A stretch of 64,000 bases of DNA from Chloroflexota bacterium. GTDB taxonomy: Bacteria > Chloroflexota > UBA11872 > VXOZ01. Where the stretch lies: assembly GCA_965216245.1 (NCBI GenBank), contig OZ244145.1:2449055-2513054 (forward strand). Direction: 5' to 3'. The notes under the pieces are model-generated. The model did not search any database, was not told where the DNA came from, and saw only the letters and a list, made by a program, of their open reading frames with translations. This document shows positions 49,626-59,196 of the stretch, piece after piece. The position numbers and the translations under genes are program-made. Each line of letters opens with the position of its first letter. Within the stretch, counting starts at the first letter, position 1.

Positions 49626-49712
49626 ATCGCGACGGCAGTAGAGGCGGCAAGGAAAGCCTTTCTCCCAAGTGTGCGATGGTCTTTGGACAGCCTGCGACCT
49701 TAGCTATGCAGG

Positions 49713-50552
49713 CTAGGAAGACCGTGATTGGGCGTGGAATTGGGTGCCGACTTGGTCGTCAGTAAGTAGTTGGCGCAGGACGGCGTGCGGCTCGCGGCCG
49801 TCAACGATGTGGGCGGAGGGCACCCCTTCCAACGCATCCAAACAGGCAGTGACTTTGGGGATCATACCCCCGGAGATCGTGCCGTTGCGGATAAGTTGCC
49901 GTGCTTTAGCAGCCGTAAGGGAAGGCAGTATGTCGCCGTCCTTGTCCTGCACCCCCGGGACGTCGGTGAGCAAGAGGAAGTGACGAGCCGAAAGCGCCTT
50001 GGCAATATCGCCTGCCACAGTGTCGGCGTTGATGTTGAGAAGCTGTCCTTCTTCCGTGATGCCGAGCGGGGCAATAACCGGCACGGCTCCGGCTTCCCCC
50101 AGGGCCACAAACATCGAGACATTCACCTTCTCCACTTCACCAACAAATCCAAGTCCGGCAGGATTCTTGCGCGGCCTCGCCAAGATCAATGTGCCGTCCG
50201 CGCCGGTCAGGCCGATCGCGTTGATCCCACGCGCGTTGAACATTGCCACCAAATCGCTATTCACTTTACCGGCGAGGACCATTTGCACCAGTTCCAGGGC
50301 ATCGGCGTCCGTGACCCGCAGGCCCTGCACGAACTTTGCTTCTCGGCCTAAGGTCTTCTCCCATTCCGTCACTGCCTTGCCGCCGCCGTGCACGATCACG
50401 GGGAAGACGCCGGCTTCCCACAACGCATTCACGTCTTCGCAGAATGCCTCGTGATGAGGCAGTACGTTGCCCCCAATTTTGATTACCACAGCCTCTTCGC
50501 TAAGTGTGCGGAGTCGCGACAGTGTTCCGATGAAGTGTTCATATGCTGCCAC
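49713..50552 (-). CDS. argB: acetylglutamate kinase
   Basis: 'VIKIGGN', 'VIVHGGG' and 'GLRVTD'. Confidence 0.92.
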   Translation of the reverse strand: MAAYEHFIGTLSRLRTLSEEAVVIKIGGNVLPHHEAFCEDVNALWEAGVFPVIVHGGGKAVTEWEKTLGREAKFVQGLRVTDADALELVQMVLAGKVNSDLVAMFNARGINAIGLTGADGTLILARPRKNPAGLGFVGEVEKVNVSMFVALGEAGAVPVIAPLGITEEGQLLNINADTVAGDIAKALSARHFLLLTDVPGVQDKDGDILPSLTAAKARQLIRNGTISGGMIPKVTACLDALEGVPSAHIVDGREPHAVLRQLLTDDQVGTQFHAQSRSS

Positions 50553-50582
50553 TATCGTCTGCTCCTTTGCGATTGTGTCCCA

Positions 50583-51548
50583 TCATTTTGATAGCACTTC
50601 GGGGTTGACGCAGAAGTGGGGACGTTCTCCCTGCAGAACGCGGGTGATGTCCAGGGCGAGAGTCGTTGCCATCCGTATCATCGCCTCTTCGGTATGCGCA
50701 GCCATGTGCGGGCTGACGATGACGTTCTCCAAGGCAAAGAGAGGGTGGTCTGCAGGCGGTGGTTCTTGCTGCCAGACGTCAACCGCCGCTCCGGTAATCT
50801 GGCCTTCCAACAGCGCCGTGGCCAGCGCCTGTTCATCCAGGATGCCGCCGCGCGCGCAGTTGATGAGGATGGCCGTGGGCTTCATCAAGCTGAGCTCGCG
50901 CGTCCCGATGAGATCGCGAGTCTCAGGTGTCAGCGGCGAATGCAGAGAGATGTAGTCGGCTTCTTGCAACAAGGCCGAAAGGTCTGAAACGAGTTCAACC
51001 CCCCGCAGGCGGGCATCATCCGGCGAAAGGTACGGATCGTAGGCGATCACGTGCATGTCAAGCGCGGCGCGGCACATGCGGGCGACCCGGCTGCCAACCC
51101 GGCCCGCACCCACGATCCCAAGTGTCTTCCCATAGAGTTCGAAGCCAATGAGGCGCGTGCGTGACTGGAAATCGCCGTTGCGCTGGGCGCGGTCGCCGAG
51201 CAGCAACATCTTGCTCACGGCGAGCATCATCCCCAGCGTGTGCTCCGCCACCGATTCCGCGTTTGCGGCGGGAGTATACAGCACCGGAATGCCGCGCGAC
51301 GTAGCATACGCTACGTCCACGCTATCTACGCCGACGCCGTGCCGGGAAATGGCGCGCAAAGAGGGCGCGGCGTCGATAAGCGCCGGCGTTACTTTGGTGA
51401 GGCGAGCGACCAGGGCGTGGGCGTCACGAATTTGGTCTGTCAAGGGGATACCGCCGGCTTGGCTTGCTTGGCGCACCGTTGCGATCTGCTCCAGAATCGC
51501 GATCCCTTGCTCATGAATGGGATCAGCGAGGACGATGGTATAGGCCAT
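50583..51548 (-). CDS. D-isomer-specific 2-hydroxyacid dehydrogenase (phosphoglycerate-dehydrogenase-like, no ACT domain)
   Basis: 'LGIVGAGRVGSRVA' and 'SPHMAAHT'. ATG at 51548 ('MAYTIVLADP') preferred over the track start at 51650. Confidence 0.85.
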   Translation of the reverse strand: MAYTIVLADPIHEQGIAILEQIATVRQASQAGGIPLTDQIRDAHALVARLTKVTPALIDAAPSLRAISRHGVGVDSVDVAYATSRGIPVLYTPAANAESVAEHTLGMMLAVSKMLLLGDRAQRNGDFQSRTRLIGFELYGKTLGIVGAGRVGSRVARMCRAALDMHVIAYDPYLSPDDARLRGVELVSDLSALLQEADYISLHSPLTPETRDLIGTRELSLMKPTAILINCARGGILDEQALATALLEGQITGAAVDVWQQEPPPADHPLFALENVIVSPHMAAHTEEAMIRMATTLALDITRVLQGERPHFCVNPEVLSK

Positions 51549-51701
51549 TGGCTCTTTCCCCCACAGAGGCGATGCAGCCCAGATTTCACGCGCGATCAGC
51601 GCCAAATGCATGCTATAATGTAGCAGAAGTTCCAACTCTCTGCCAGGCATGGCGCCATTGTTCCGTCAGTGATCGCTAGCTGTCTGGACGTGTGGATTAC
51701 A

Positions 51702-51731
51702 CACGCAGGTCTCTGCGTGCTTTATTATTTG
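51702..51731 (+). terminator. terminator-like hairpin in the lysC upstream region
   Basis: Stem CACGCAG, loop gtct, stem CTGCGTG, followed by CTTTATTATTT, about 100 nt before the lysC ATG. Confidence 0.4.
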
Positions 51732-51832
51732 TAGGCAATACTGCGCGCCTGCAAGAATATGGATGTGTAGCCTGCGGGGGCCGGATTCAGCAGGAATGAG
51801 AGAGTATTGACGGCTAAGGAGAAGACGAGCGC

Positions 51833-53059
51833 ATGGCGCGAGTCGTTCAGAAATTCGGCGGCAGTTCGGTAGCATCGGCGGAGCGCATCAGGGCCGTGGC
51901 TGCGCGCCTCGCTGCTGTCCACGATGCCGGCAACAACGTGATCGTCGTGGTCTCCGCCATGGGAGACACCACCGACGACCTCATAGCCCTCGCGCATGAA
52001 GTGTCCCGCACGCCAGGGGGCCGCGACCTGGACCTGCTTCTCTCGACCGGTGAGATCGTTTCCTCTACGTTGCTCTCGATGTGCCTCCGCGACATGGGCT
52101 ACGATGCTGTCGCGCTCACCGGCCAGCAAGCGGGGATTCGCACCGACTCTTTCTATTCTCGCGCGCGCATCGTTGACATCGACCCTTCACGGATGGAACA
52201 AGAGCTCGCCCAGGGCCGCATCGTCATTGTGGCCGGATTCCAAGGTGTAACCCACGACCTGGATGTAACCACACTCGGGCGGGGTGGTTCGGACACCACC
52301 GCAGTCGCCATCGCAATTGCGGTGAAAGCCGCCACCTGCGAGATATATACCGACGTAGACGGCATCTACACCGCCGACCCGCGCGTAATCCCCACCGCAC
52401 GGAAGCTCAGCCGGATTGCCCACGAGGAGATGCTGGAGATGGCAATGCTCGGCGCGCGCGTGATGCACGCCAGGGCGGTAGAGCTGGCAGAACTCTTTGA
52501 CATGCCCATCGTAGTGCGTTCATCGTTCAATGACGATTCAGGTACAGTGATCACGCGAGGAGAGGATATGGAGAAAGACGCTAAACGCATTCGCGGCATC
52601 GCAGTAGATACCGACGTCGCCAAGATTTCTGTGCTCGGCATCCCAGACCGCCCCGGCATTGCCCACGGGCTTTTTCAACCCCTTGCCGATGAAAGCATCA
52701 ACGTGGACGTAATCGTGCAGAACATCAGCCATGACGGTATAGCCGATATCTCTTTCACGGTTTCGCGCGACGATCTGGCTAAGACGCTGGAGTTAGTCGA
52801 AGTTGCCTGCCAGGCTTTGGGCGCATCCGACGTGCTGCACTTTGCCAATCTGGCAAAGGTGTCGATCGTGGGCACCGGCATACAGAGTACTCCCGGTGTG
52901 GCCGCACGCATGTTCGGCGCACTGGCAGAACCGGGCATCAACATCGAGAGCATAACGACGAGCGAGATCAGACTTACGTGCCTCGTGCATGAAGACGACG
53001 CTGTGCGGGCAGCCAAATCCCTGCACCACGCGTTTGAGCTAGACCAACCGGAAGAGTAA
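51833..53059 (+). CDS. lysC: aspartate kinase with C-terminal ACT domains
   Basis: 'VQKFGGSSV', 'VVSAMGDTTD' and 'GRGGSDTTA'. Confidence 0.92.
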   Translation: MARVVQKFGGSSVASAERIRAVAARLAAVHDAGNNVIVVVSAMGDTTDDLIALAHEVSRTPGGRDLDLLLSTGEIVSSTLLSMCLRDMGYDAVALTGQQAGIRTDSFYSRARIVDIDPSRMEQELAQGRIVIVAGFQGVTHDLDVTTLGRGGSDTTAVAIAIAVKAATCEIYTDVDGIYTADPRVIPTARKLSRIAHEEMLEMAMLGARVMHARAVELAELFDMPIVVRSSFNDDSGTVITRGEDMEKDAKRIRGIAVDTDVAKISVLGIPDRPGIAHGLFQPLADESINVDVIVQNISHDGIADISFTVSRDDLAKTLELVEVACQALGASDVLHFANLAKVSIVGTGIQSTPGVAARMFGALAEPGINIESITTSEIRLTCLVHEDDAVRAAKSLHHAFELDQPEE

Positions 53060-53164
53060 ACTAAAAGTACTGAGGGTACGCGTGCTGTTGCCCTTGGACG
53101 CTCGGCGGCGCCGGGCGACTGTGACCGGAAGACACTGTAGAGAAGCTACGCAGGCGGTATTTCG

Positions 53165-53698
53165 ATGGTCGAGATGGTGATAGAGAAGGTGGGCAGGAAT
53201 CCAGCCAATCCGACCCGGCTGGTTGTCCTGCGCGAGAAGGACCAACAGCGTTATCTCGTGATCGTAATCGGCATTGCCGAGGCCGATTCGATTGCGATCA
53301 AGCTCCACAAGCACAGTTTCTCCCGACCGCTAACCCACGACCTCCTCAGCAGCGTCATAGAGATGCTCGGCGCTACAGTGGTTAGTATCCTCATCAACGA
53401 TTTGGCGGATCGCACCTACTACGCGCGCATCGTGCTCGACCACAATGGACGGCACATCGAAATCGACGCGCGACCTAGCGACGCGATTGCCCTGGCAGTG
53501 CGTGTCGATGCGCCAATTCTCGTCGCGGAGAGCGTGCTGGATGCTGCGAGTTTTACTCCAGCGAAGGAAGAAGAAGGCGATGGCGAGTCCGGACGGGAAA
53601 GCGCGCTCGATCCTGAGCTTGAGGAACAACTCGGCGTCTTTCGCGAGTTTATAAACTCCCTCGACGTCGATGACTTGGAGAAACCGAAGCAGGAGTGA
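53165..53698 (+). CDS. bifunctional nuclease (BFN/DUF151) family protein
   Basis: 'LVVLREKDQQRYLVIVIG..EA..I', 'RPLTHDLL' and 'ARPSDAIALA'. Confidence 0.8.
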   Translation: MVEMVIEKVGRNPANPTRLVVLREKDQQRYLVIVIGIAEADSIAIKLHKHSFSRPLTHDLLSSVIEMLGATVVSILINDLADRTYYARIVLDHNGRHIEIDARPSDAIALAVRVDAPILVAESVLDAASFTPAKEEEGDGESGRESALDPELEEQLGVFREFINSLDVDDLEKPKQE

Positions 53699-53866
53699 GC
53701 ACTGCGCGGACAAGAAAATTAATCTGAGCGAGTTCGCGTCCCGTAACATTAAGTGGCGGGGCGTGTTTGCCTTAAAGACTTGGCGATATGCTTATCATGT
53801 CCAGAGCAAATTCGTGGTGAGGTCTTTGGGCAATTGCAGCATAAAATCCTCTAGGGTACACGGGAA

Positions 53867-54295
53867 TCAAGCTCTACGTTCCGCGAATTCGCAGCCCGGC
53901 AGTGGAGGAGTTCCAGGGTTGACTTCCCGGAACTTTCTATATAATCGAGGATCAAAAAGCTTGGCAGAAACTACCTCGGCTGAAGATATGATCACCCGCG
54001 TGTCACTAGCAACGATGTCGCTATCAGCTAGTATTACTCCGGTATAGTCAATCTCTATAACCAGCTTTTGCGTTGATTCGTCACGGTATCCACTTTGCAG
54101 TGGTGAGAGCTCAATGTCAGCATTGCGACCGTTTTTCATGCTTAGCGGATAGCCAATATAGGACTTCCTGTTCTTAAGTGTAATCTCAACGAACATGTCC
54201 GATCCGAGAGCTTCGGCGATAAGTGCTCCAAGTTGGTCGCCTCTCTCTCGCAGACTTAATGAAGCCTGCTGCTTCGTCGTAGAACGCCAGCTCAA
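53867..54295 (-). CDS. hypothetical soluble domain, possibly the C-terminal half of a frame-broken membrane protein
   Basis: 'MFVEITLKNRKSYIGYPLS...DIELSPLQSGYRDE'. It overlaps the upstream ORF by 110 nt in another frame. An alternative independent start is the ATG at 54196. AT-rich islet. Confidence 0.4.
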   Translation of the reverse strand: MSWRSTTKQQASLSLRERGDQLGALIAEALGSDMFVEITLKNRKSYIGYPLSMKNGRNADIELSPLQSGYRDESTQKLVIEIDYTGVILADSDIVASDTRVIISSAEVVSAKLFDPRLYRKFREVNPGTPPLPGCEFAERRA

Positions 54296-54593
54296 AGAGC
54301 AACCAGATCAATCCTAGGGCGATGCCTGCAATATAAGCGCCGACGTAGAATCCGAATGGTGAAAGCGATCCCCATGTTTCAGAGATTCGTAGAACCCAAT
54401 CTGCAGAAGCAAAAATGTGCCCAATAATCGAACCAAGTACATAGGGCACACCTACGAGACCATAGCCGACAAGTGCAGACTTGAAGAAGAGATGGTAGCC
54501 GGATTCGTGGGGTATCGTCAAACGGGTGCGTTTTGAGGCCGTAAGGAAGAAATATCCAATTAGAGCGGGAAAGAGTGTCGATACTAGATCCAT
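54186..54593 (-). CDS. hypothetical membrane protein (about 4 TM segments)
   Basis: Hydrophobic helices. Its ATG abuts the upstream stop (TAGATG at 54591-54596). Confidence 0.45.
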   Translation of the reverse strand: MDLVSTLFPALIGYFFLTASKRTRLTIPHESGYHLFFKSALVGYGLVGVPYVLGSIIGHIFASADWVLRISETWGSLSPFGFYVGAYIAGIALGLIWLLFELAFYDEAAGFIKSARERRPTWSTYRRSSRIGHVR

Positions 54594-54836
54594 CTAGGAC
54601 TCGGCTACAGTTGGACTATCCTTTGGTGAGTACTCTGCCATTGGCCCAAGTTCATTGAGTTCTCTGATTTTTTCGCGAATTGTTGGGTTCTTGAACACGT
54701 CTTCTGGCTTGACATACAGTCCCCCATTTCCATCCGCATAAACCTTAATCTTCTTCTCTTTTTCGCCACTAGATTCAAGCATCTTGCACATTCCAATCTG
54801 CTTTTCCCCAGGACACCCCCTTAATCCTATTCTCAT
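54594..54836 (-). CDS. hypothetical small hydrophilic protein (60-80 aa)
   Basis: First gene of the AT-rich three-gene cassette. Several candidate starts (M1, M16, M19). No motif. Confidence 0.35.
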   Translation of the reverse strand: MRIGLRGCPGEKQIGMCKMLESSGEKEKKIKVYADGNGGLYVKPEDVFKNPTIREKIRELNELGPMAEYSPKDSPTVAES

Positions 54837-54998
54837 TCGTAGTATTGTAGCAAGTCATCGACGACCAACTGCGCACAGACCCCAGGTTGCTTCAGGAATT
54901 TACCAAATTTCCGTCTACTCTCTCTGCTGAACACACAACACTGTAGTGGATTGATCACCGATTGATCGTTGGCCACAAGTGTCTTGGAGATATTTACC

Positions 54999-56000
54999 TC
55001 AAGCCGTCACGTGCTTGAGGAGTTTCCCTAGAGAGACGGAATCTTGCGCGAGAAGCCGGCGCAATGCGCGGCCGGAGTCCGAATCTGAAGAGGCCAACGC
55101 AACTGCGGCTTGGAACTCGGCTGCTGAGAAGTCACCTTCCGGTTCTGACAAGAGTGCGTCTCGAATTCTCAGCCTCAGCGCGTAGCAGTCAATCTGTTCT
55201 CCACTTGGCAGCACGACCGGCGCTGTGTAGACGCCCGTAGCAGCGATGAAGTCTTGCACGAATTCAGGCACCGACGTCGCACCGGCGGCGCTGCCGCTGC
55301 CTTGAGCATATTCTGTACGAACACTCGTTGATGAGAGCGCGGGGTCATGGTATGCGGGCAGCGTGGTCAATGCCGCGATACGCTCGCGATACATGCGATT
55401 CTCCTTCTGATCGAGCAAGAAGTCCAGTGCCTGGGTACCGTGCGTGCCGCGTTCTGCGACCAGGAATCGCGCCAGCGAAAAGAGCCGGTCAAGGCTGGTT
55501 TTTCGATCGGTATAGTAGCGTGGATCGAGTATCTGCTGAATCTTGTCGTAGCCCACAACGAACACCAGCTCCCGCCCGGGCGCGACGATGGCTCTGTGCA
55601 GCGCCTCGGCCTGGTCAACGTAGAGTCCGCGATTGCAGAGCACAACACCCACATTCGGCCGCGATTGTGTGAGCGATTCGAGCATGCAGAGACGGTCTTC
55701 CAAGCACGCGCCGGTAACCTCCTCCTTATCTACAGTGTGAATCGCGAGCAAGAACCAGACTGCGTCTATGTTCGGTTGCTGCAGCGCGCCGTCGCAAAGG
55801 CTGAGGTGCGCGTACGTTACCGGGTTAAACGACCCCGCCACCACCGCTACGTTGCGGGCTGACACTTCCTTTAGCCGCCCAATGGCTGGTGCCCCAGGGG
55901 GTACAACTACGCGGGCTTCAGGGGGCGAAACGTGTGCAAGTGCGGCGACGTGCCTGGCACAGGCACGTAATCGCTGCACGTCATACAAATGATTCTTCAC
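54999..56000 (-). CDS. NadD-like nucleotidyltransferase (nicotinate/nicotinamide mononucleotide adenylyltransferase family) with a C-terminal extension
   Basis: 'VVAGSFNPVTYAH' ((H/T)xxH motif) and 'LSSTSVR' (ISSTxxR-type motif). Confidence 0.6.
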   Translation of the reverse strand: MKNHLYDVQRLRACARHVAALAHVSPPEARVVVPPGAPAIGRLKEVSARNVAVVAGSFNPVTYAHLSLCDGALQQPNIDAVWFLLAIHTVDKEEVTGACLEDRLCMLESLTQSRPNVGVVLCNRGLYVDQAEALHRAIVAPGRELVFVVGYDKIQQILDPRYYTDRKTSLDRLFSLARFLVAERGTHGTQALDFLLDQKENRMYRERIAALTTLPAYHDPALSSTSVRTEYAQGSGSAAGATSVPEFVQDFIAATGVYTAPVVLPSGEQIDCYALRLRIRDALLSEPEGDFSAAEFQAAVALASSDSDSGRALRRLLAQDSVSLGKLLKHVTA

Positions 56001-56496
56001 CGCCTCACTCTTTCATGTCCCCAGCAATGACGGCTCTTGCGTAGCGCGAGGGGTTGTCCTTCGCTCCTTGCGCCAAGGAGCGGACACCGCATGGGGCCTG
56101 CTGCTTCGCCTCTCAAATCTCGCTGCTCCTCGGAATCGTTGCTTTGGTGCGTGCTCTCCCAGACATCCGGCTGCTTGGCGCAAGCCTCAACACCATGAGA
56201 GAAATCGCGGTTGAGGACGGTAGTAGGCAGAATAGCGGGATAGCGGCTCCGGGGCAAGAGGCGGAACGCGGTTCATTGCGGGGCATCTCCCGTTGCATCC
56301 GGTGCTGTATACCCAGCAAAGGCAGCACCGCTATAATGAGAGTCTATGGTGACAACGCTAATCAAATGCCGCGCAGACCGGCCGCAGAGTCCTCCGCTTT
56401 AGCAACGGTGGACTAATAGTTGCGAAAGAAGAGAGCGGCCCAAGAGTCCGCAATGGCAAAGTACGCGGATTTTCATCCCTAAGAAGGCGGACACAT

Positions 56497-57348
56497 ATGG
56501 CTGACGAAAGCAATTTTACCAACCAAACTCCTTCAATCACACTCTCCGCCGGCTCGCTTTATACGTATGGTTTGGCGCGAACCTTTGAATTGATGAAGGG
56601 CTCCGCGTTTGACGGTGTGGAAGTCATCGTTGACGATCGCTGGGATACCCGCCAAGCGGAATACATCAATGCACTAACCGCGCAGTGGGGCATTCCTGTT
56701 TGCAGTGTACACGCGCCGTTTGGAACCATACCGGAAATGGGAGCGGACTATCCCGGCACGCTCAGGGCGACGATACGCTTAGCCGAGGAAGTCGGCGCGC
56801 GCACGGTTGTCATTCACCCTATTTCGCGAGGCACGCCTGACCTTGCTGAATGGCTGCTGCAGAACCTCGCCGACCTGCAAGCACAGACGCCATTGCTGCT
56901 CACTGTCGAGAATATGCCCCGCATATTGGTGAAACGCTTGGGAATCTTGCAGCGGGACGTTCACGAATTCTGGTACCCGGAGGCCATGCGCCCCTTTCCG
57001 GCGCTGACGATGGATACGACGCACTTTGGCGTATCGAAAATCGACATCTTGGAAGCGTGGAAACAGCTACACACTACGGTGCGGCATATCCACCTTTCGG
57101 ACGAATACAATGGTCGGGAACACCTATTTCCCGGCGAGGGCACGCTGCCGCTTGCGGACTTTCTTAACGAATTGAGCCGCAGCCGCTTTGGGGGCAACCT
57201 CGTGGTGGAGCTTCACCCCTATGCACTGCATGCGGGCCGCTCTGATGAGAAGGTGCGCGACCGCATCCACCGGGCGTCTGCCTTTTGCCGCGAGCACTTG
57301 CACTTGGAAGCAGCTCAAGCAGAGCCTGCAGGACAGACGAGCAGATAG
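56497..57348 (+). CDS. sugar phosphate isomerase/epimerase (xylose-isomerase-like TIM barrel)
   Basis: 'TVVIHP', 'LLTVENM', 'VRHIHLSD' and 'LVVELH'. Confidence 0.8.
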   Translation: MADESNFTNQTPSITLSAGSLYTYGLARTFELMKGSAFDGVEVIVDDRWDTRQAEYINALTAQWGIPVCSVHAPFGTIPEMGADYPGTLRATIRLAEEVGARTVVIHPISRGTPDLAEWLLQNLADLQAQTPLLLTVENMPRILVKRLGILQRDVHEFWYPEAMRPFPALTMDTTHFGVSKIDILEAWKQLHTTVRHIHLSDEYNGREHLFPGEGTLPLADFLNELSRSRFGGNLVVELHPYALHAGRSDEKVRDRIHRASAFCREHLHLEAAQAEPAGQTSR

Positions 57349-57442
57349 TCGTTGCTCTGAGGGTTGGCGATGACTCTGCGGGTCACGGTAAGGTGATTCG
57401 GCAGCACGAGGCCGGATCGCCGGGAAATAACCCTCATCCTAG

Positions 57443-57463
57443 CCTTCTCCCTCGGGGAGAAGG
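57443..57463. repeat. REP-like hairpin CCTTCTCC-ctcgg-GGAGAAGG
   Basis: Read directly. The surrounding sequence translates to the 'NPHPSLLPRGEGT' type of junk peptide typical of GC-rich REP elements. Confidence 0.7.
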
Positions 57464-57747
57464 GACTTTCTTCTTCTGCCGCAGTCTTGCGCAGGACGCC
57501 GCCAGCGTGGGCCCGTAGGTTTCCAGGATCTCTAGCCGCAGTGGCACTCCCGTCAATCCTACGCAAGCGGGAATCCATCTTCTCAGTGCTGCGGAATGGC
57601 ACCGTCAGAAATGTCTTACCAAGAGAAGCCGGAATCCCTCTTCCCTAAATCAATTGGGGACCGTGTCTCCATCAATCGAAGGCCCTGGGCTCGCGCTATT
57701 ACCGCTCGGACGCCAGTCGCGCTACTCTCGTTTGCAAAAAAGAGACT

Positions 57748-58992
57748 CTACACGGCAACTCGTTGCAGTTGGTCCACGTGGCGGCGCACCTTGGCAATGC
57801 CCTCCGCAATATCGTCCATGTCCGACTCTTCCGCCAGCAGGGTCACGTGGCCCATGGCGATGCCCTCTTCCCTAGTGACAAGCTCGGACTCCGGACAATC
57901 CATCACGCGGAATTTTCCCGCGCCGCCGACAATGTCGCCGGATTCAAGGTCGAGCATAGGATTCTCATAGATCGGCCGCGGGTGGCCGCCGGAGACCGGC
58001 ACGCCCTCCGCGTGGGCAGCGCGTAGGAAGGTCTCTTTGTCCGTGCCGAATTGCTCCGGCTTTAGGCGGAACGTATAGATATGCATCCCGTGCTGGGTGA
58101 CCTCGGGCGGAATCGGCGGCGGCTCGATGCCGTCTATTTGCGCCAAGAGGTTGGAGAGGTATTTTGCGTTGCGGTTGCGCTTCTTCGTTTGTTCGTCGAA
58201 GCGTGACAGTTGCCCCAGCAGAATTGCCGCCAGGAACTCGTTCATGGGGTAGTGGCCGCCCAACTCGTAGTGCACGTAGCCCGGTTCACCCTTGGCTCGG
58301 CCAAAGCTGGAGAGCGTATAGAGCCAGCGCTCGGCAAGCTCCTCGTGGTTGGTGGTGAGCATGCCGCCCTCGCCGGTGCTCATGTTCTTGCCGCCGCCTA
58401 AGCTATAGGAACTGGCGTCGCCCATGCCGCCAAGTTTCTTGCCCTTCCACTCCGCGCCGTGGGCATGGGCGGCATCGACGATGATCGCCAGGTCGTGCTT
58501 GCGGGCGATTTCCTCAAACCGTTCCATGTCCGCCGGGTAGCCGCCGTAATGCACCGGGCTGATGGCGCGCGTGCGCGGCGTAATGGCCTCTTCGGTGCGA
58601 TCAGGATCAAGGCATAGCGAATCCGGATGAATATCTGCCATTACCGCAGTCGCGCCGAGGTACATAGGCGCAAATGCAGTGGCGATGAACGTGAAGGCCG
58701 GCACGATCACCTCATCTCCTGCGCCGACACCATATGCCTTCAGCCCGATTTCGAGACCGGCGGTGCAACTGGTGAGGCCGATGCCGAATCGGGCGTCGTG
58801 ATAGGCGGCGAACTGCTCCTGCGCCGCGGTCTTCATGGGCCCATGGGCCGTGCCGCCCCACGTTCTACTCTCGAAGACCTCTTGCACGTTGCGCAGTTCG
58901 CGTTCATCGTATTGCGGCCACTTCGGCCAGCGCTTCGTGCCGTCCCGAACCGGTGTCCCGCCATGCAGGGCAAGTCGCTCCATTACACCCAC
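57748..58992 (-). CDS. DegT/DnrJ/EryC1/StrS-family PLP-dependent aminotransferase
   Basis: 'LALHGGTPVR', 'DEVIVPAFTFIAT', 'DAAHAHGA' and 'SLGGGKNMSTGEGG'. Confidence 0.88.
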   Translation of the reverse strand: MGVMERLALHGGTPVRDGTKRWPKWPQYDERELRNVQEVFESRTWGGTAHGPMKTAAQEQFAAYHDARFGIGLTSCTAGLEIGLKAYGVGAGDEVIVPAFTFIATAFAPMYLGATAVMADIHPDSLCLDPDRTEEAITPRTRAISPVHYGGYPADMERFEEIARKHDLAIIVDAAHAHGAEWKGKKLGGMGDASSYSLGGGKNMSTGEGGMLTTNHEELAERWLYTLSSFGRAKGEPGYVHYELGGHYPMNEFLAAILLGQLSRFDEQTKKRNRNAKYLSNLLAQIDGIEPPPIPPEVTQHGMHIYTFRLKPEQFGTDKETFLRAAHAEGVPVSGGHPRPIYENPMLDLESGDIVGGAGKFRVMDCPESELVTREEGIAMGHVTLLAEESDMDDIAEGIAKVRRHVDQLQRVAV

Positions 58993-59196
58993 TCCTATTT
59001 GTCCAAATAGTCAGAGAATCTCGACACACGTCAGTGCACAATTCATGCCGGTAATCCTAGACGCAATTATATACCCTTTGGCCGGAATTGTGCTCCTGTC
59101 AAACGAACGAGGGAGTAGCTTTGTGAGCTGCTCCCTCGTGTCGAACCGACAAAGCGATTAGCAACCTTAACCGGTTACTACGCCTCAGACGATCTG

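Noticed and set aside
51549-51832. Lysine (L-box) riboswitch in front of lysC
   Set aside because: I could not recognise the conserved L-box cores by eye. It is kept only as an unexplained terminator-like hairpin (see findings).
55997-56257. 86-aa minus-strand ORF overlapping the nadD-like start
   Set aside because: It has an Arg/Cys/Trp-rich composition with no RBS or motif. It is probably chance, although the 500-nt gap 56001-56496 remains unexplained.
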